A stretch of DNA of 64,000 nt from Lama guanicoe (lineage: Eukaryota): positions 310,001 to 374,000 of the forward strand of contig MU053645.1 in NCBI GenBank assembly GCA_013239625.1. The letters are read 5' to 3'. The translations under genes were made by a program, and so were the position numbers. The notes beneath the pieces are model-generated. The model saw only the letters and a program-made list of their open reading frames with translations. It was not told where the DNA came from and made no database searches. Below are positions 50,104 to 62,814 of the stretch, in pieces. Every line of letters begins with the position of its first letter. Positions within the stretch are counted from its first letter, which is position 1.

Positions 50104-52154
50104 CACACACACTATAGCTTCTTTATCTAATCATCTGTCACTGGATATTTATGGTTGTTTCCATGCCTTGGCTATAATGAATAGTGCTGCTATGAACATT
50201 GGGGTGCATGTATCTTTTCAAATTAGAGTTTTCTCCAGATATATGCCCAGGAGTGGGATTGCTATATCATATGTTAACTCCATTTTTGGTTTATTAATGG
50301 ACCTCCATACTGTCCTCCATAGTGGCAGTACCAATTTACATTCCCACCAACAGTGTAAGAGGATTCCTTTTTCTCCACAACCTCTCCAGCATTTATTATT
50401 TGTAAACTTTTTGATGATTGCTATTCTGACCAGTGTGAGGTGATACCTCATTGTAGTCTTCATTTGCATTTTTCTAATAATTGGCAATATTGAGCATCTT
50501 TTCATGTGCCTGTTGGCCATCTGTATGTCTTCTTTATAGAAATTTCTATTTAGGTCTTCTGCCTATTTTTTGATTGGGTTGTTTGGGCTTTCTTTTAATA
50601 TTAAGCTATATGAGCTCTTTATATTTTTTGGAAATTAAGCCCTTGTCAGTTCCATCATTTTCAAATATTTTATTCCAGTCTGTAGGTTGTCTTTCCATTT
50701 TGCTTATGGTTTCCTTGGCTGTGCAAAAGCTTTTAAGTTTAATGAGGTTCCATTTTTCACTCTTGCTTTAATTTCTATTGCCTTGGGAGACTGACCTAAG
50801 AAAACATTCCTTCGACTCATGTCAGATTATATTTTGTCTGTGTTCTCTTTTAGGAGTTTTATGGTTTCATATCTTATATTAAAGTCTTTAAGCCATTTTG
50901 ATTTTACTTTTGTGTATGGTGTGAGGGAGTGTTATGATTTCATTGATTTACATGCAGCTGTCCAGCTTTCCCAGCTCCACTTGTCAAAGAGACTGTCTTT
51001 TCTTCATTGTATATCCTTGCCTTCTTTGTTGAAGATTAATTGATCATAAGTGTGTGAGTTTATTTCTGGGCTTTCTATTCTGTTCCACTGATCTATATGT
51101 CTGTTTTGCGCCAATGCCATGCTGTTTTGATTACTGTAACTCTGTAGTGTTGTCGTAAGTCTGGGAAGGTTATTCCTCCAGCTTCATTCTTTTTTTCAGT
51201 ATTGCTTTGGCAATTCTGGGTCTTTCGTGATTCCATATACATTTTAGGATTATTTGTTCTAGTTCTGTGAAAAATATCATGGATAATTTGATAGGGATTA
51301 CATTAAATCTGTAGATTGCTTTGAGTAGTATGATCATTTTAATGCTATTAATTATTCTAATCAAAGAGCATGGAATATCTTTCCATTTCCTTCAGTCATC
51401 TTCAATTTCCTTTAACAATGTTTTACAGTTCTCTGTGTATGTCTTTCACCTCCTTGGTTAGGTGTATTCCTAGGTATTTTATTTATTTATTTTTGATGTG
51501 ATTTTTAAACAAAATTTTTTCCCTTTTACTTTCTCCTTCTGATATTTCATTGTTAGGGTAAAACAATTTAATACATTTCGGTATATTAATCTTGTATCCT
51601 GCTACCTTGCTGAATTCATTTATCAGTTCTAATAGTTTTTGCATGGAGTCTTTAGGGTCCTCTATTATAGTGTCAGTATCACATCATCTGCATATAGTGA
51701 CAATTTTACCTCTTCCCTTCCTTTTTGGATACCATTTATTTCTTTTTCTTCTTTGATTGCTGTGGCTAGGACTTCCAATACTATGTTGAATAGGAGTGGT
51801 GAGAGTGGGCATCCTTGTCTTGTTCCAGATTTTTGTGGGGAGGCTTTCAACTTTTTGCCATTGAGTATTATGTTGGCTATGAGTTTGTCATAAATAGCTT
51901 TTATTATGTTGAGATATGTTCCCTCTATACCCACTTCGGCAAGTTTTTATCATGAATGGATGTTGAATTTTATCAAATGCTTTTTCTGCACCTATTTAGA
52001 TGGCCATGTGGTTTTTGTCTTTTGTTGATGTGGTATATCACATCAATTGATTTGCATATGTTGAACCATATCATGGTATATGATTCTTTTTATGTGTTGT
52101 TGGATTCAGTTTGCTAATATTTTGTTTAAACCTATATTCATAAAAGGTATTGGC
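49615..52154 (-). mobile_element. 5'-truncated laurasiatherian L1 (~2.5 kb) with an internal (TG)n
   Basis: RT motifs [21 protein letters not shown] and [10 protein letters not shown]-terminal [21 protein letters not shown]. Possible degenerate TSD at 49601-49614 / 52155-52168 (12/14). Confidence 0.9.
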
Positions 52155-52689
52155 ACTTTTTCTGTTTTAAAACTTGTGACAAACACCCCCAGTCTCTGCC
52201 TCCTAGAGTTTCCTCCAACTGAATAACTTCAGTATCTTTAAGATCTAATTCTTTCCTCCAAAGTGAGGTGAGGAATTTAAATAGAATCAGGTGAGATCTA
52301 AATGATCAAATTCCATCAATTCCTTCTTTAAGAATTTGCAATTATACTCAGTGGAGTAAATGCAATTATTCGTTTCTAAATCAGATTTTCCAAGGCACTT
52401 TGCCTTTCCTGACATTCTCCTGCAAACACTTTAGGTTTGCTTTAGTAGCAAATACACCTATTGTTGTGTTGTCTCTATTCTTGTCCTTACAGTGTCAGGA
52501 TGCTCAGTTAAGAAAGTAAGTTAAATACTCTAAAATAATGCATTTGATGCAACTAACTTTCTTGATCCTTGGAGTCTTTATTGACAGAAATTTTTTCCCT
52601 TCATTTTCCACTTTTCACATCACCACATCCTGCCTATTCCTATTCCTCTTCCTCCTCAGATCTGCCTTTTTTTTTTTTTGCGAGTTTCC

Positions 52690-53175
52690 AGGCCACCACC
52701 CTCCATTTCTTATCATCTCACATGTGAAGTATGACAACATCCTCCTGATTGGTCTCCGTCGAATTCTTCTTACCAGATGAATGTTCCAGTGCTTCTTCCA
52801 GCCTTATTTCTTATTATGCCCTCACAAATTTCTGCTCTTGCTAGCCAAATTTGCTAATCAGCTAAATAGGAGTTACTTATTTCCCTCTGTCTTTCCATGT
52901 GCTATTCTCTGCACTTGGGAAATTGCCTTTCTTCACCACTTGTTCCTCTATTCCAAATTTATCTTTGCCCAATTTGAACTGAATCACCCCACCTCACTTA
53001 TCAACACTGCGTGTATAATATTAACTTTCTTACACTGGAATGTGTTTTGCAAATACTCCTTTCTTCCTGCATTTGATGTGTAAATGAGAACAGGGACTTC
53101 AACTTTTTAAAAATACTTCTATTATATTTTATATAGTGGATATCACACAGTGGGCACCTAATAAATATTCACAAA
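52690..53175 (+). mobile_element. L2 fragments
   Basis: catctcacatgtgaagtatgacaacatcctcctgattggtctcc...cacacagtgggcacctaataaatattc. Confidence 0.55.
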
Positions 53176-55969
53176 TAACTTTTGTAACATCTGGAGAAAT
53201 GTGGTTGATTAAACAGTAGTGAGCATTTAGAAGACAGATTCTGATGGGTGTAGGTGATTTTACAAGTTCTGATATCACAGTAATTAGAGTGCTGAATAAC
53301 CTTCTTAAATTGACTATGGCTGATTTCAGTTCTAAAAAAGACAAGTTTGATATGAAAGAGTTTGAAGTGAATGATTATTGTTTATCAAACAGCCCCATAC
53401 ATTCATCAGAGTGCCTTAATGTTCAACACTGTGCTCTTCTATCAAACATCTTAGAACAAAAATGCATGAGTAATAGATAAATTTGAGCCAGACAATTTTC
53501 AGCATTAAATTCTCTCCCAGAAAAGAGCAACAACAGTTGCAAGTGTTCAGACTTACTTGGTCACTGTGGAACTATTTTCTGTCTTAACTTCACTCTGGTT
53601 TTATCAGCTCACTATCTCACCTTGGGAAATGAGTACAAGGAGTGTAAAGATTTATATGTGCAATTTTTAGGATATTTCCCTTGGTCATTTAATTTTCTAG
53701 AAAACGCTTGGTGAAAATGAACCAATTTATTTAAAAATAAAATACCAAAGGGCAGTAAATGCTTGAAACCAGTGGTTCTATTATACTTGTAAGCCCTTCA
53801 GTTACCAAGTGGGTTAGGGAGTCTCCTTCCTTTTCTTGCCAGAATTTCCTTCTTTCTTGCACCTGCCATTTTCCAACTTCATAACAGAGGTAATCCATAG
53901 GCTACTACTCATTTCCATGTCCCTTTGAAACTCCTCTGTAAATTTCTTTCATAACTGTTCCTCTTCTCACTGAAGCATATTTCCTACTTTTAAGCCCCAC
54001 AATGTTGGCCACAGATCCTCAATGAAATATCAATTTTTAACATGATGCTGCTTTGGATTCAAATTATCAGAAGCCCTCAAGTTTCATTGTACCCATTTTT
54101 TTTAATGTGAGTGATTGAAAGCAGAACATATTTGGATCTAATTCACTGAAAGCTTAGAGGGAATGAGAAAAGACTCTTCTTCTTTTCAGGAACCATCTGG
54201 TTATTTTTCAGTCTCCATAGTTAGATTGGAGCCCATAGATTGTCAAACTGGCCATATTTCATATTTTGCCAAATTAAAACCATGTATATATTGTTCATCT
54301 CCCTGAGAATTGTTTATTTTTAATGCAGTTATCATTTCCTATGTATCTATTGTTTTTGTGCATTTCTCATTTGTCTCATAATTTCTGACATTTTCAGAAT
54401 TTTTCACCTTAAAATAGCTTCAGTTTTTCAAAGTATGTATACTGTTGATGGATGAGTTAAATAAATTTGTTATGAATATATGGGAATTAGTTGCACCAGT
54501 ATTTTTCTAAATTTCCATAATTCATTTCAGTGAAAAACAGAGAAGAAAAGTTTTTCCCACTGTGAAAGCAGCTGGAAGAATGCATCATGTTCTAGACTAA
54601 ATACTTATTATGCCTATATGGGCTATATCTTTTAAAAATCTCAGATTAAAATCAAATTTTGAATTGCCATCTAGAAATAAATTTTTATAGATAGTGTACA
54701 CATTGGTTCCTGAAAATGGTAGAAAAGGTTTCTTGTCAAGTTCCCCAGCACAAGTGTGAATGCTCTGTTTTTGAGTACCTACTAGTAGTGAAAGGACACA
54801 TTGTGGCCAGCCAACTCAAATTGCTACCCACGTTTAATCATTGTAAATAAAGGAAGCAGAGAGACCCATGTTATATTTTCAGAACTGGCATGCTCAATAC
54901 AGAACTATTAGTTTAAAAATACCACTGAACATTCTATTTGAATTAATCTAGACTTCTGTGAAAAACAAAATAGTAAGAAGTACAATTGGTCACTTAAACA
55001 TATACTACTCATTTCATGCAGGTTATTAACTTAGTAATTACATATATTATTAAGGAACAATGAGAATAAATACAACTTTATAACACTTGGAAAACAGTTC
55101 AGAATTGATAAATTTCCATTTTGAAATACCTATAGTTTTTACAGAAGCAAAATCACCTTTCTCAGTGAAAAAAAAATACATCTATGAAACACCCATGTGT
55201 TGAACAGTACTTTTTAAAGGAGCAACTAATTGTCCCACTGTGAAAGGAACATGTATCACTGCTAAGCTTTCAAATACTGTTGGTGCATAGTGCATTTTCT
55301 GAGCAGCTGGATATAGAAAAGCAGCAGAAAAACAAGTACTTTGAACAAAACCCATGGATTACAGGGAATAATTCATGAAAAAAGGTTGAAAGAAATAATC
55401 AAAACATATTACCTAATGTTCTCGTATACATTTGAGTTTCACAATTACAAGAACCGGGAAAATTCTTAATTTTTACACACTGTGTACATTTGTTCTTGTT
55501 TATATTTGCCCCCAAACATGATTTAAGAACCATATGCAAAATGCCAGAATGAACCTTGATTAACAATTGACACACCACAGGAATCTTTGTGGAGAGCACA
55601 CCAAAATTGATTAATTGGAAAGAACATAAAGTAGTAATTCACAATAAAGACTAGAATATTCCTTACATTCCTTACAGAAAATTCATGATATTTTAGATTA
55701 TTCACAGGAATTTTCTGATATGGTGCAGTCACAGTCACAATGTAAGGGTGGAGAAGTTTACTTTAAAGTATACTCTTTGAAGCACCAGGAATAAGATACT
55801 TCTAAAGGAGCCTTGCACACATGGCCAAGCAGATATTGAGTATGTACAGAATAGTCAGTTTCACAGCTACATTTCAGATGAAAATCAGTGTAATTGCTGC
55901 TCTACCACTAGTAAACTTGAATCATTTAGTACTTCATCTGTGAATATTGTTGTTTTGCTTCTTTTCTAC

Positions 55970-56908
55970 TGCCGACACTTGCAGTCAATATTTATTTAAA
56001 TTCAAACTCCAATAATGTTGAAAAAAAAGTAGGAAGATGTGAGTATCTTCATATAAAGCTTACAGCAGGTTAAGAAATCATTTAAGAAAAAAAATCCAAA
56101 TGTGAATTTGTTAGCAAACAATAAAATGCATAACTTAAAATGTGTTTTCAAATTTGTGAAACTTTGTTGATAGGCTAATAAGCCATAATGTTTCTTCAAC
56201 ATCATCCTAAAAGAACTAACATTGTATCTACTGATTTGCTTAAGAAATGCACATTGTTTACCTATCAGTTTGTCTACAGATGTGCTTGCCTAATAAAACT
56301 AGTAGCTGTCATTATGAGCTGTTGATTTAGTATACAGAAGTCGTCCATTATGCTGAAGAAGTTCTAAACGTTTCAATCATTTTTTCTTAGCTGATCCTCT
56401 TCTACAAACAATCTTCCAATTGGGATGCCTCAACACTTCTTTCTTGATGATTCCTGATTTTCAGTTACTCTACAGAAGTTCTCTTTTCCCTTTAATCTTG
56501 GTTCAGAATTTTCAAATTCAATTAAAGTCTTTAAATTTTCCTTATTTCAAAAGCCATGTAAATTCTGAAATAGTCACAAATATGGGGAAGATAGCTTACC
56601 TACCAAACTTGCAGTCTATGTGGTATCATAAAACCTACTCTAAAACAATAGGATTTAATTTTTTTTTTCTTTTTGGGAAGAAATCAAAACTGTACATTGG
56701 AATGAGGTACTATACTACAAAAGCAGGTCCTTCTATCCCCCCATTATTCTGGAAATGTAAACAAAAAAATTTAGATACAAAAGTGATTTCTGTGCCTTTT
56801 TCTTCAAACACTTTTTCAGCACCTCAGTGTTATTAGGTGTACTTTATGCTTGGTATAGCAGAAATTTTGTATGCTCACATAGCTGTTCAGAGGAATTCAG
56901 ATTTTCCA
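55970..56908 (-). other. IL1RAPL2: IL1RAPL2 3'UTR (to just past the first canonical AATAAA at 55991-55996; true end uncertain)
   Basis: Directly follows the TAG. AT-rich with no recognisable repeats. Variant signals CATAAA (56843-56848) and ATTAAA (56654-56659, 56491-56496) lie closer to the stop. Confidence 0.55.
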
Positions 56909-57606
56909 CTACCAAATATCACTGGTGAAGCTAAGCTCTTTGGATGATAAAGGTAGCAGGGAACTGTTCCTATGAAATTCCTGGGTATCTTTCAGAGCAT
57001 TATTAACAGGTAGCTGTCCATTGAGTAGTGTCAGAGGCAGGTTACAGTAAGTGTGGTGGTTGCCTAAAGAAGGTACCGGCAAGGTGGTGGTTGGCATCTC
57101 GTGTTTATAACCTCTGCAACAGTGCCTCATTTGCATCGAATCTGAATGGTGGAAATCTGGGAGATCAGCTTGGGATGACACCAGGGAGGCCGAGGTACTG
57201 GTCATGGCAATAGAGGGTATAGGCTGGAGTTCTCCAAAAAGTCCTTGTTCTGCAGAGTCCAGAACATGGCACCGAGAAAGCATTTCTTTTTTCTTGGTGG
57301 GCATTTCATATACTAAGTGCTTCCAAAACTTAGAATTCAATTTGCTGCTTTTGGGTCCCTTCCACTTGATCAGTGACAGAAGTTTGATGCTGCGCTTTAA
57401 TGATTCCACTTCCCGGCAATTCACCTTCCCTTTTAATTCTGTACACTCAATCAAAATCACTTTGATTTCTCCACTGACTAGCATGTTATGGAGTCTGCTT
57501 TCCAATTCGAAAATACTCCATCCTCGTCTGAGAATATAGTCTGGAGTTAGCACGATAATAAGTCTTCTGCTTTGCTCAACACATCTTGTGAGATCTTCAA
57601 TGTATG
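56909..57606 (-). CDS. IL1RAPL2: Final coding exon of interleukin-1 receptor accessory protein-like 2 (TIGIRR-1): C-terminal half of TIR domain and C-terminal tail
   Basis: Exon starts after ...tttctctctttctgtgatttgtAG with two bases completing a split codon, then YIEDLTRCVEQSRRLIIVLTPDYILRRGWSIFELESRLHNMLVSGEIKVILIEC...SKFWKHLVYEMP...SKELSFTSDIW* (TAG at 56909-56911). Recognisable IL1RAPL2 sequence with TIR box-3 FW. The ORF-track start at 57553 is an internal Val. Confidence 0.97.
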
Positions 57607-58203
57607 CTACAAATCACAGAAAGAGAGAAAGAGTAAAACAAAGACATTTCTAGTCTTTAAAGCATTAGGTTTGCACTCTAGTATAGCAAAGATCCAGTCT
57701 TTCACTGAGGTACATCACATTTTCTTTTCTTGTACTGCACACTCAGAAAGCTATTTTCCTTAAAAATAAAACATTTTAAAAGCTGTTTGTAATACTTATT
57801 TTCTTTCCCCTCATCATTACTTACAGTGTTCTCTTAGCTGATATAAACTCTAACTTCTTCAGGGGTTGGTATATTTCAGATTTTTAATTTGCTTAATCAT
57901 TTAACTCAAGGCTGGTGTGCAGGCTAGTACTTACTCTAAGTGAACAAGCAATCAGCAGGTTGATGAAGAGAGAAATGGAGTCTTTTAATGAAGGTCACTG
58001 TATTTATGGGTTTGGTTTGCTTTTCCCCCAGTTTCCAACTACTATACAAGTTGGGAGGTCTATGTATATGAACTACTTCAAAGATAATTGTGATAGAGAT
58101 TGTAGAAAATCTCTTCTACAGTCAGCTTGTTTCTCAGAATATTCCTGTTATTTGTAACCTTAGGTTCTTCATTTTGCCCTTCAAACCTGGAGATAGGGAA
58201 GTG

Positions 58204-58206
<3 letters not shown>

Positions 58207-58248
<42 letters not shown>
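58207..58248. repeat. (TG)21 microsatellite
   Basis: Read directly from the sequence. Confidence 0.95.
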
Positions 58249-58249
<1 letters not shown>

Positions 58250-58618
58250 CTGCCCATGAGTTTAATTTGAACCAGCTGCTCTTTGTTCAGAGGAGTGAGG
58301 GGTGGAGTTGGAGGTGGGGGATGGTGTGGAATGAACAGTAAAGGAGGAGGAGTCTAGCAACTGAGAAGCCTTTGCTCTACTTTGTCAAACAATTCTGAGT
58401 GAGCTGAATACATTATGGCCTAGTCCTAGTAGAAAAAACACTCAACTCACTCTAGATTTGTTTATCCCATGGAATAATCCTTTTGCAACCATGCTTCCCA
58501 GTCTTATCTGCCAGAAAGGGAAACACACACATGTGTTAACAAATGGAGACTTGGACACAGGTGCTGCAACAGAGAGCTGTCTTTACTAAGCAGAGCACAA
58601 GGCCTTGTCTAATGTACA

Positions 58619-58632
58619 GTGCCCTCTAGCAG
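58619..58632 (-). promoter_or_regulatory. Candidate CTCF motif
   Basis: Minus strand CTGCTAGAGGGCAC matches CCRSYAGRKGGCRS at 13/14 positions. Confidence 0.45.
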
Positions 58633-60559
58633 AAGCAGTGCTTACAGAGGCATAGCAACATTTGTCACTGCAAATCTGCCCAAGGTTACAGACTGCTTTC
58701 AAGGAGTCACGTCCAGTACATAGTGCGGGGCCACTGAACCGCCCAGTACAAGCCATTTGAAAAGAAACTTATTTTACAGATGCATATTTTACAGATGATC
58801 TCTCTTTTCCAGGGTTTTATTTCCACCACTTGGCAGCAAGAACACTTTCACAAGCGAAAAAGAGCAAACTTTCTACACACCCTACAGATAAACAAAAAAA
58901 CTTTTTAAGAGATACACAGAGAATTGCCTATTTAACAATTTGTTGTTACTGCTGTTTTGGTTTTTACTCAATACATTTCAGGATTTTCTCATGCAGTAGT
59001 TACAAAGACTGTATCTGAGGGGATAAGGCAACTTCTAAGTGGGGAGGGAACCTCTTAAGAATTTGAGACATTTTAGAGTTTACATATTCAAGGAAAAAAT
59101 CAGCATTGAAATCTTCAAAAAAAAAACAAAACAAAAACAAAACACAAAACAAAAAAACACCACACAAATTGTAATGGGAAGTTATCACTCTGTAATTGTC
59201 ATTTAGAGAACTGGTGAAATAGAATGCAAGGAAAGGCAGAAAGTTTCAATAGAGTGGAAAAATATTATCCCAATGTATCAACAGCTCTGACTCTTCATTT
59301 TCTTCCTTCCTTTCTGCTCCCAAAAAGAAAGAAGTTATGTGGGAAGCTTCATCATTAGAAGTTGGATCTGTAAGATACAGTAAAATAAACTATCATGCAT
59401 CTTTCCCATTATTCTTTTCACCTTTCCTCCAAACTAAACAAAACAAAACAAAACCCAAACCCAGAATCATGGTAGAAGTGCAGGAGGCCATGAAAATATA
59501 ATTTCACCAGGTTACGTATGAGTTAATAGTTACTTTTATAGAAATTCCTTACCAAATGATTTACCAAGGGCTTATTCCAAGTAATATTCTTCCCTCATTA
59601 ATTGCAGTTTTACATTTAATTTTTAAAAAATGATCTGTACAAACCTTGCCAGGAGCACATTTGTCACAGAAACTACACCTCTCTGAACAACACTATTTCT
59701 CTGTGTTGGAGTGTAGTTTAATTTACATTTGAAATATGCTTTTACAAACAAAAGTTATATCTATACCCATCTATCTGCTTAAAGAAAAAAATGACAACTC
59801 AAGCATCCACAGTCATGAGAGACTATACACATCCATACTAAGTAATTTGGGATCTCATAGGCTTTGGCTTTATCATCCACTTTCTCAATCGGGGAAGGGG
59901 ACAGAGGACAGTGTTTTTTCCCTATTAATATGGTTCTCCCCTGTCATCTGTGTATTATATTTTGCCATTTGACAGCTAAGCAGAATGCAAAATTTAGAGT
60001 TTGAGTCATTAGGCAGAATTTGCATTTGCCCCCAGAAGGAATGCCTGTCAGGACGGATCCCACTATGCTCAGCTGCACAGGGTGTGGATGTTGAAGGGAA
60101 CCTTGGAGAGAGGGAGTTGTCCCTGTCTCCTGCATACTGCACTAGCTGTGCTTATCCTGGCAAAGCCTAGTGGAGAGTTAAGGCAACCATCCAGATAATT
60201 TCAGCTGAAAACCTGCTCTGGAAGAAAAAAGGTCTGAATTATCCTGGTTTGCCCTATATATACATTAATCATATGCACTGGAGTCAGTCAGTCAGTACAT
60301 CAAAATTTTCCCTGGGTAGACACAGCCCAAGTGTCCCAAAGAAAACATGAGCCATTTTCTTGGGCCCTGAATTTCGTGTTCCATTTCATTTGGTGAACAA
60401 CCAAGTGGAAGTTTTCAGATGTGAAGCCCACATTTCACTTCTTGGGATGGTGATCAGTGGCTGGGCAGCAACCTCAATGTTTGAAAGCAGCTGGGGAGGT
60501 GCCTCTAAGAGCTGCCTGACTCTAAGGAAAAGAAGGAGAGACTGTGCCCTAGCTTCCCT

Positions 60560-60800
60560 ATTCTGGCTCCCTCTCTATTTTTCTATGTTTTTTTTTCTCT
60601 TTTCTTAGCCCCTTTGCTCCTCTCTACCTCTCTTTCCCTTTATTTTTTCTTGCCTGTCCTGTGTGTCTCTTGTCCTTTTACTTTCCTCTTCGCTTCCTCT
60701 TTTTTCTCCCCCTTTCTCTCTCTTCCTCCCCTCTCCTCTTTTGCCTATCTCCTTTTGCTCCTTTCTCCCTTCTTTTCTCAACCTTTTGTCTCTTTATCTT
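60560..60800 (+). repeat. Low-complexity polypyrimidine (CT-rich) tract
   Basis: About 240 bp dominated by C/T on the plus strand. Confidence 0.85.
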
Positions 60801-60958
60801 TGGGGGAAAAAACCAGGAACTAGCCATCATGGAAAATATAAATAAATTAGCAGGAGACCAAATAGGTAGAGTTTAATACTTTTTACTTGCTAATCTTTAC
60901 CCAGGGAGTTGTTGCTGGCTCCTATGTAGCAAATGCCCTAAATAATTTTCTCCTTGCC

Positions 60959-61176
60959 CTGGGGTTGCATGTCTGCATCCAACGACTGTGAATTGGAGCC
61001 TGATCCATTAGGACCATGTCCTGTTTTCATATAGCCTGTGAGCTAAGATTGATTTTTTTAAAAAATTTTAAGGGTTGTGAAAAATAAAGAATATGATGCA
61101 ACAGAGACCATATATGATCCACAAAGTCTAAAATATTTGCTCTCTGGATCTTTACAGAGAAAATTTGCCACCCCTG
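60959..61176. mobile_element. MER58C-like hAT-Charlie DNA transposon
   Basis: gcctgtgagctaagat...aacagagaccatat...ctaaaatatttgctctctggatctttacagagaaaatttgccacccctg. Confidence 0.75.
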
Positions 61177-62788
61177 AATTAAAGACCAATCAGGATATTT
61201 AGGTTTGGAAAAGGTCCAAATAAACTAAGCTGAAACAGGTATCAAGTTAAGACATTTCTGGCCCATAGCTAGCGTAGTCCCTGACAGGCAGTGGTGTTTG
61301 CAATGGTGGGACTGTGGTTTTTGTGGGAGACATGTTAGAAACCTTCAGAAACCATTTAAAAAAGCTTCTTACCACGAAGAGATAATAAAGAAACGTTTTT
61401 CAAAAAAAAATCCCTAAATCCACAGGACATATGAATACTCGCTAAATCTTGCCCTGACTTGTTCAGGCAAATTTTAGCAACTGAGTAGCAGAAATCCCTT
61501 AAAAGACTCTTTTTTTTCCACATAAAAATACAAAATATCCCTTAAATGAAAGGTCATTAAGTTATGTCTTTGTAAATTTTGGTTTAAAGTAACTTATAAT
61601 GACAGAAAAAACTAAAGAGGTTTGGGTCTGACAGCCTTCTGCTTCTCTAAACACGGCTGTGAAACCACACTAGATTATCAGACATGAAACGAAGCTAATT
61701 ACACTTAATCTATTTGTGATCTTCACAGTTTTATAAAGAAAAACAAAGGGGCAGTTGTATAAACCCAAATTCCAGTGTATTTAGTAAAGTAGGATTTGAT
61801 ATTCAAAAGTGACTTGAAAATAGGATATTTTATTAACAAAGCAAAAAAGTAAACTGAAGGAAAAAATAAAGTGACAACATAAAGCAGAAAGAATGGCAGC
61901 CTCAAGAAGTTGCTTCTAATGGGATGTATGTACTTTTTGAAAAGAACTCAGGAATCCTAAAAGTCAGGCTCCGACTCTGCTGCAGATGTAGGCAGAAGGA
62001 CAGGGGGAATACACACTTATTCATGAATTTCCATGTGATCTTGCTAGTGCCTACTAACTATCTGACTTATCAAACTAATCAACTAGTTATTTGTAAATTC
62101 TTTTTGTGTGGACACTTCTACTTATGTCAGAATCATTATTAGGGGTAGTTAGCATATTTAAAAAGTTAAAAGACAAATAATTAGCCTGTAGACAAAAGCA
62201 TAATTTACTACTTTGCCAGGTTCAAATAATAATAGCTTGATGTGCTTATACCCATAGCTATGTACATCCAGTAACAGTTAGACAAATCATTAGGGTGAGA
62301 CAGGATGCATCAAAATTGATAATACCTCCATTAATTTTAGTGAATATTGGTTAATTGATAACTATCAACAGGGATATTTATAAAACCTATGGGTTAATAT
62401 ATCAGGACTTAAAATCAAGACAGTAATTGACATGGATCCACTCCTATGACTGGTATGGAGAAACCAGCAAAAAATACAGGTTTCCCATGTATCAAAGAAA
62501 ACTGTATTATTCAGCACTATGATATGTGGGGAAAATGATTAGTCTTCTGGTATAAATAGAGGCTTACAGTGAGGTACTTTATAATGTAGTCTCATTGAAA
62601 ATACAACCTGCATTTTAAATAATAATGTTTAATACTAACTTATTGAAAGTTTTACAGGTTGACAACCATACTCTTTATCTTGGCTGATGTTGCTTAAGCT
62701 TTTGGGTCTTGATTCTGCCTCTGGGAGATGTAATCATCTGTGTTGTCTGCCATAGAGATTGGGGCTACAAATTCTTTTTTTTTGCCAG

Positions 62789-62814
62789 GTGTGTGTGTGT
62801 GGGGGGGGGGGGGG
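62789..62814 (+). repeat. (GT)6 followed by a G14 homopolymer
   Basis: Read directly from the sequence. Confidence 0.85.

Noticed and set aside
56420..56836. 138-aa plus-strand ORF
   Set aside because: Non-ATG start, antisense to the AT-rich 3'UTR, no protein resemblance.
57028..57763. Plus-strand ORFs overlapping the IL1RAPL2 exon
   Set aside because: Antisense shadow frames of a real coding exon.
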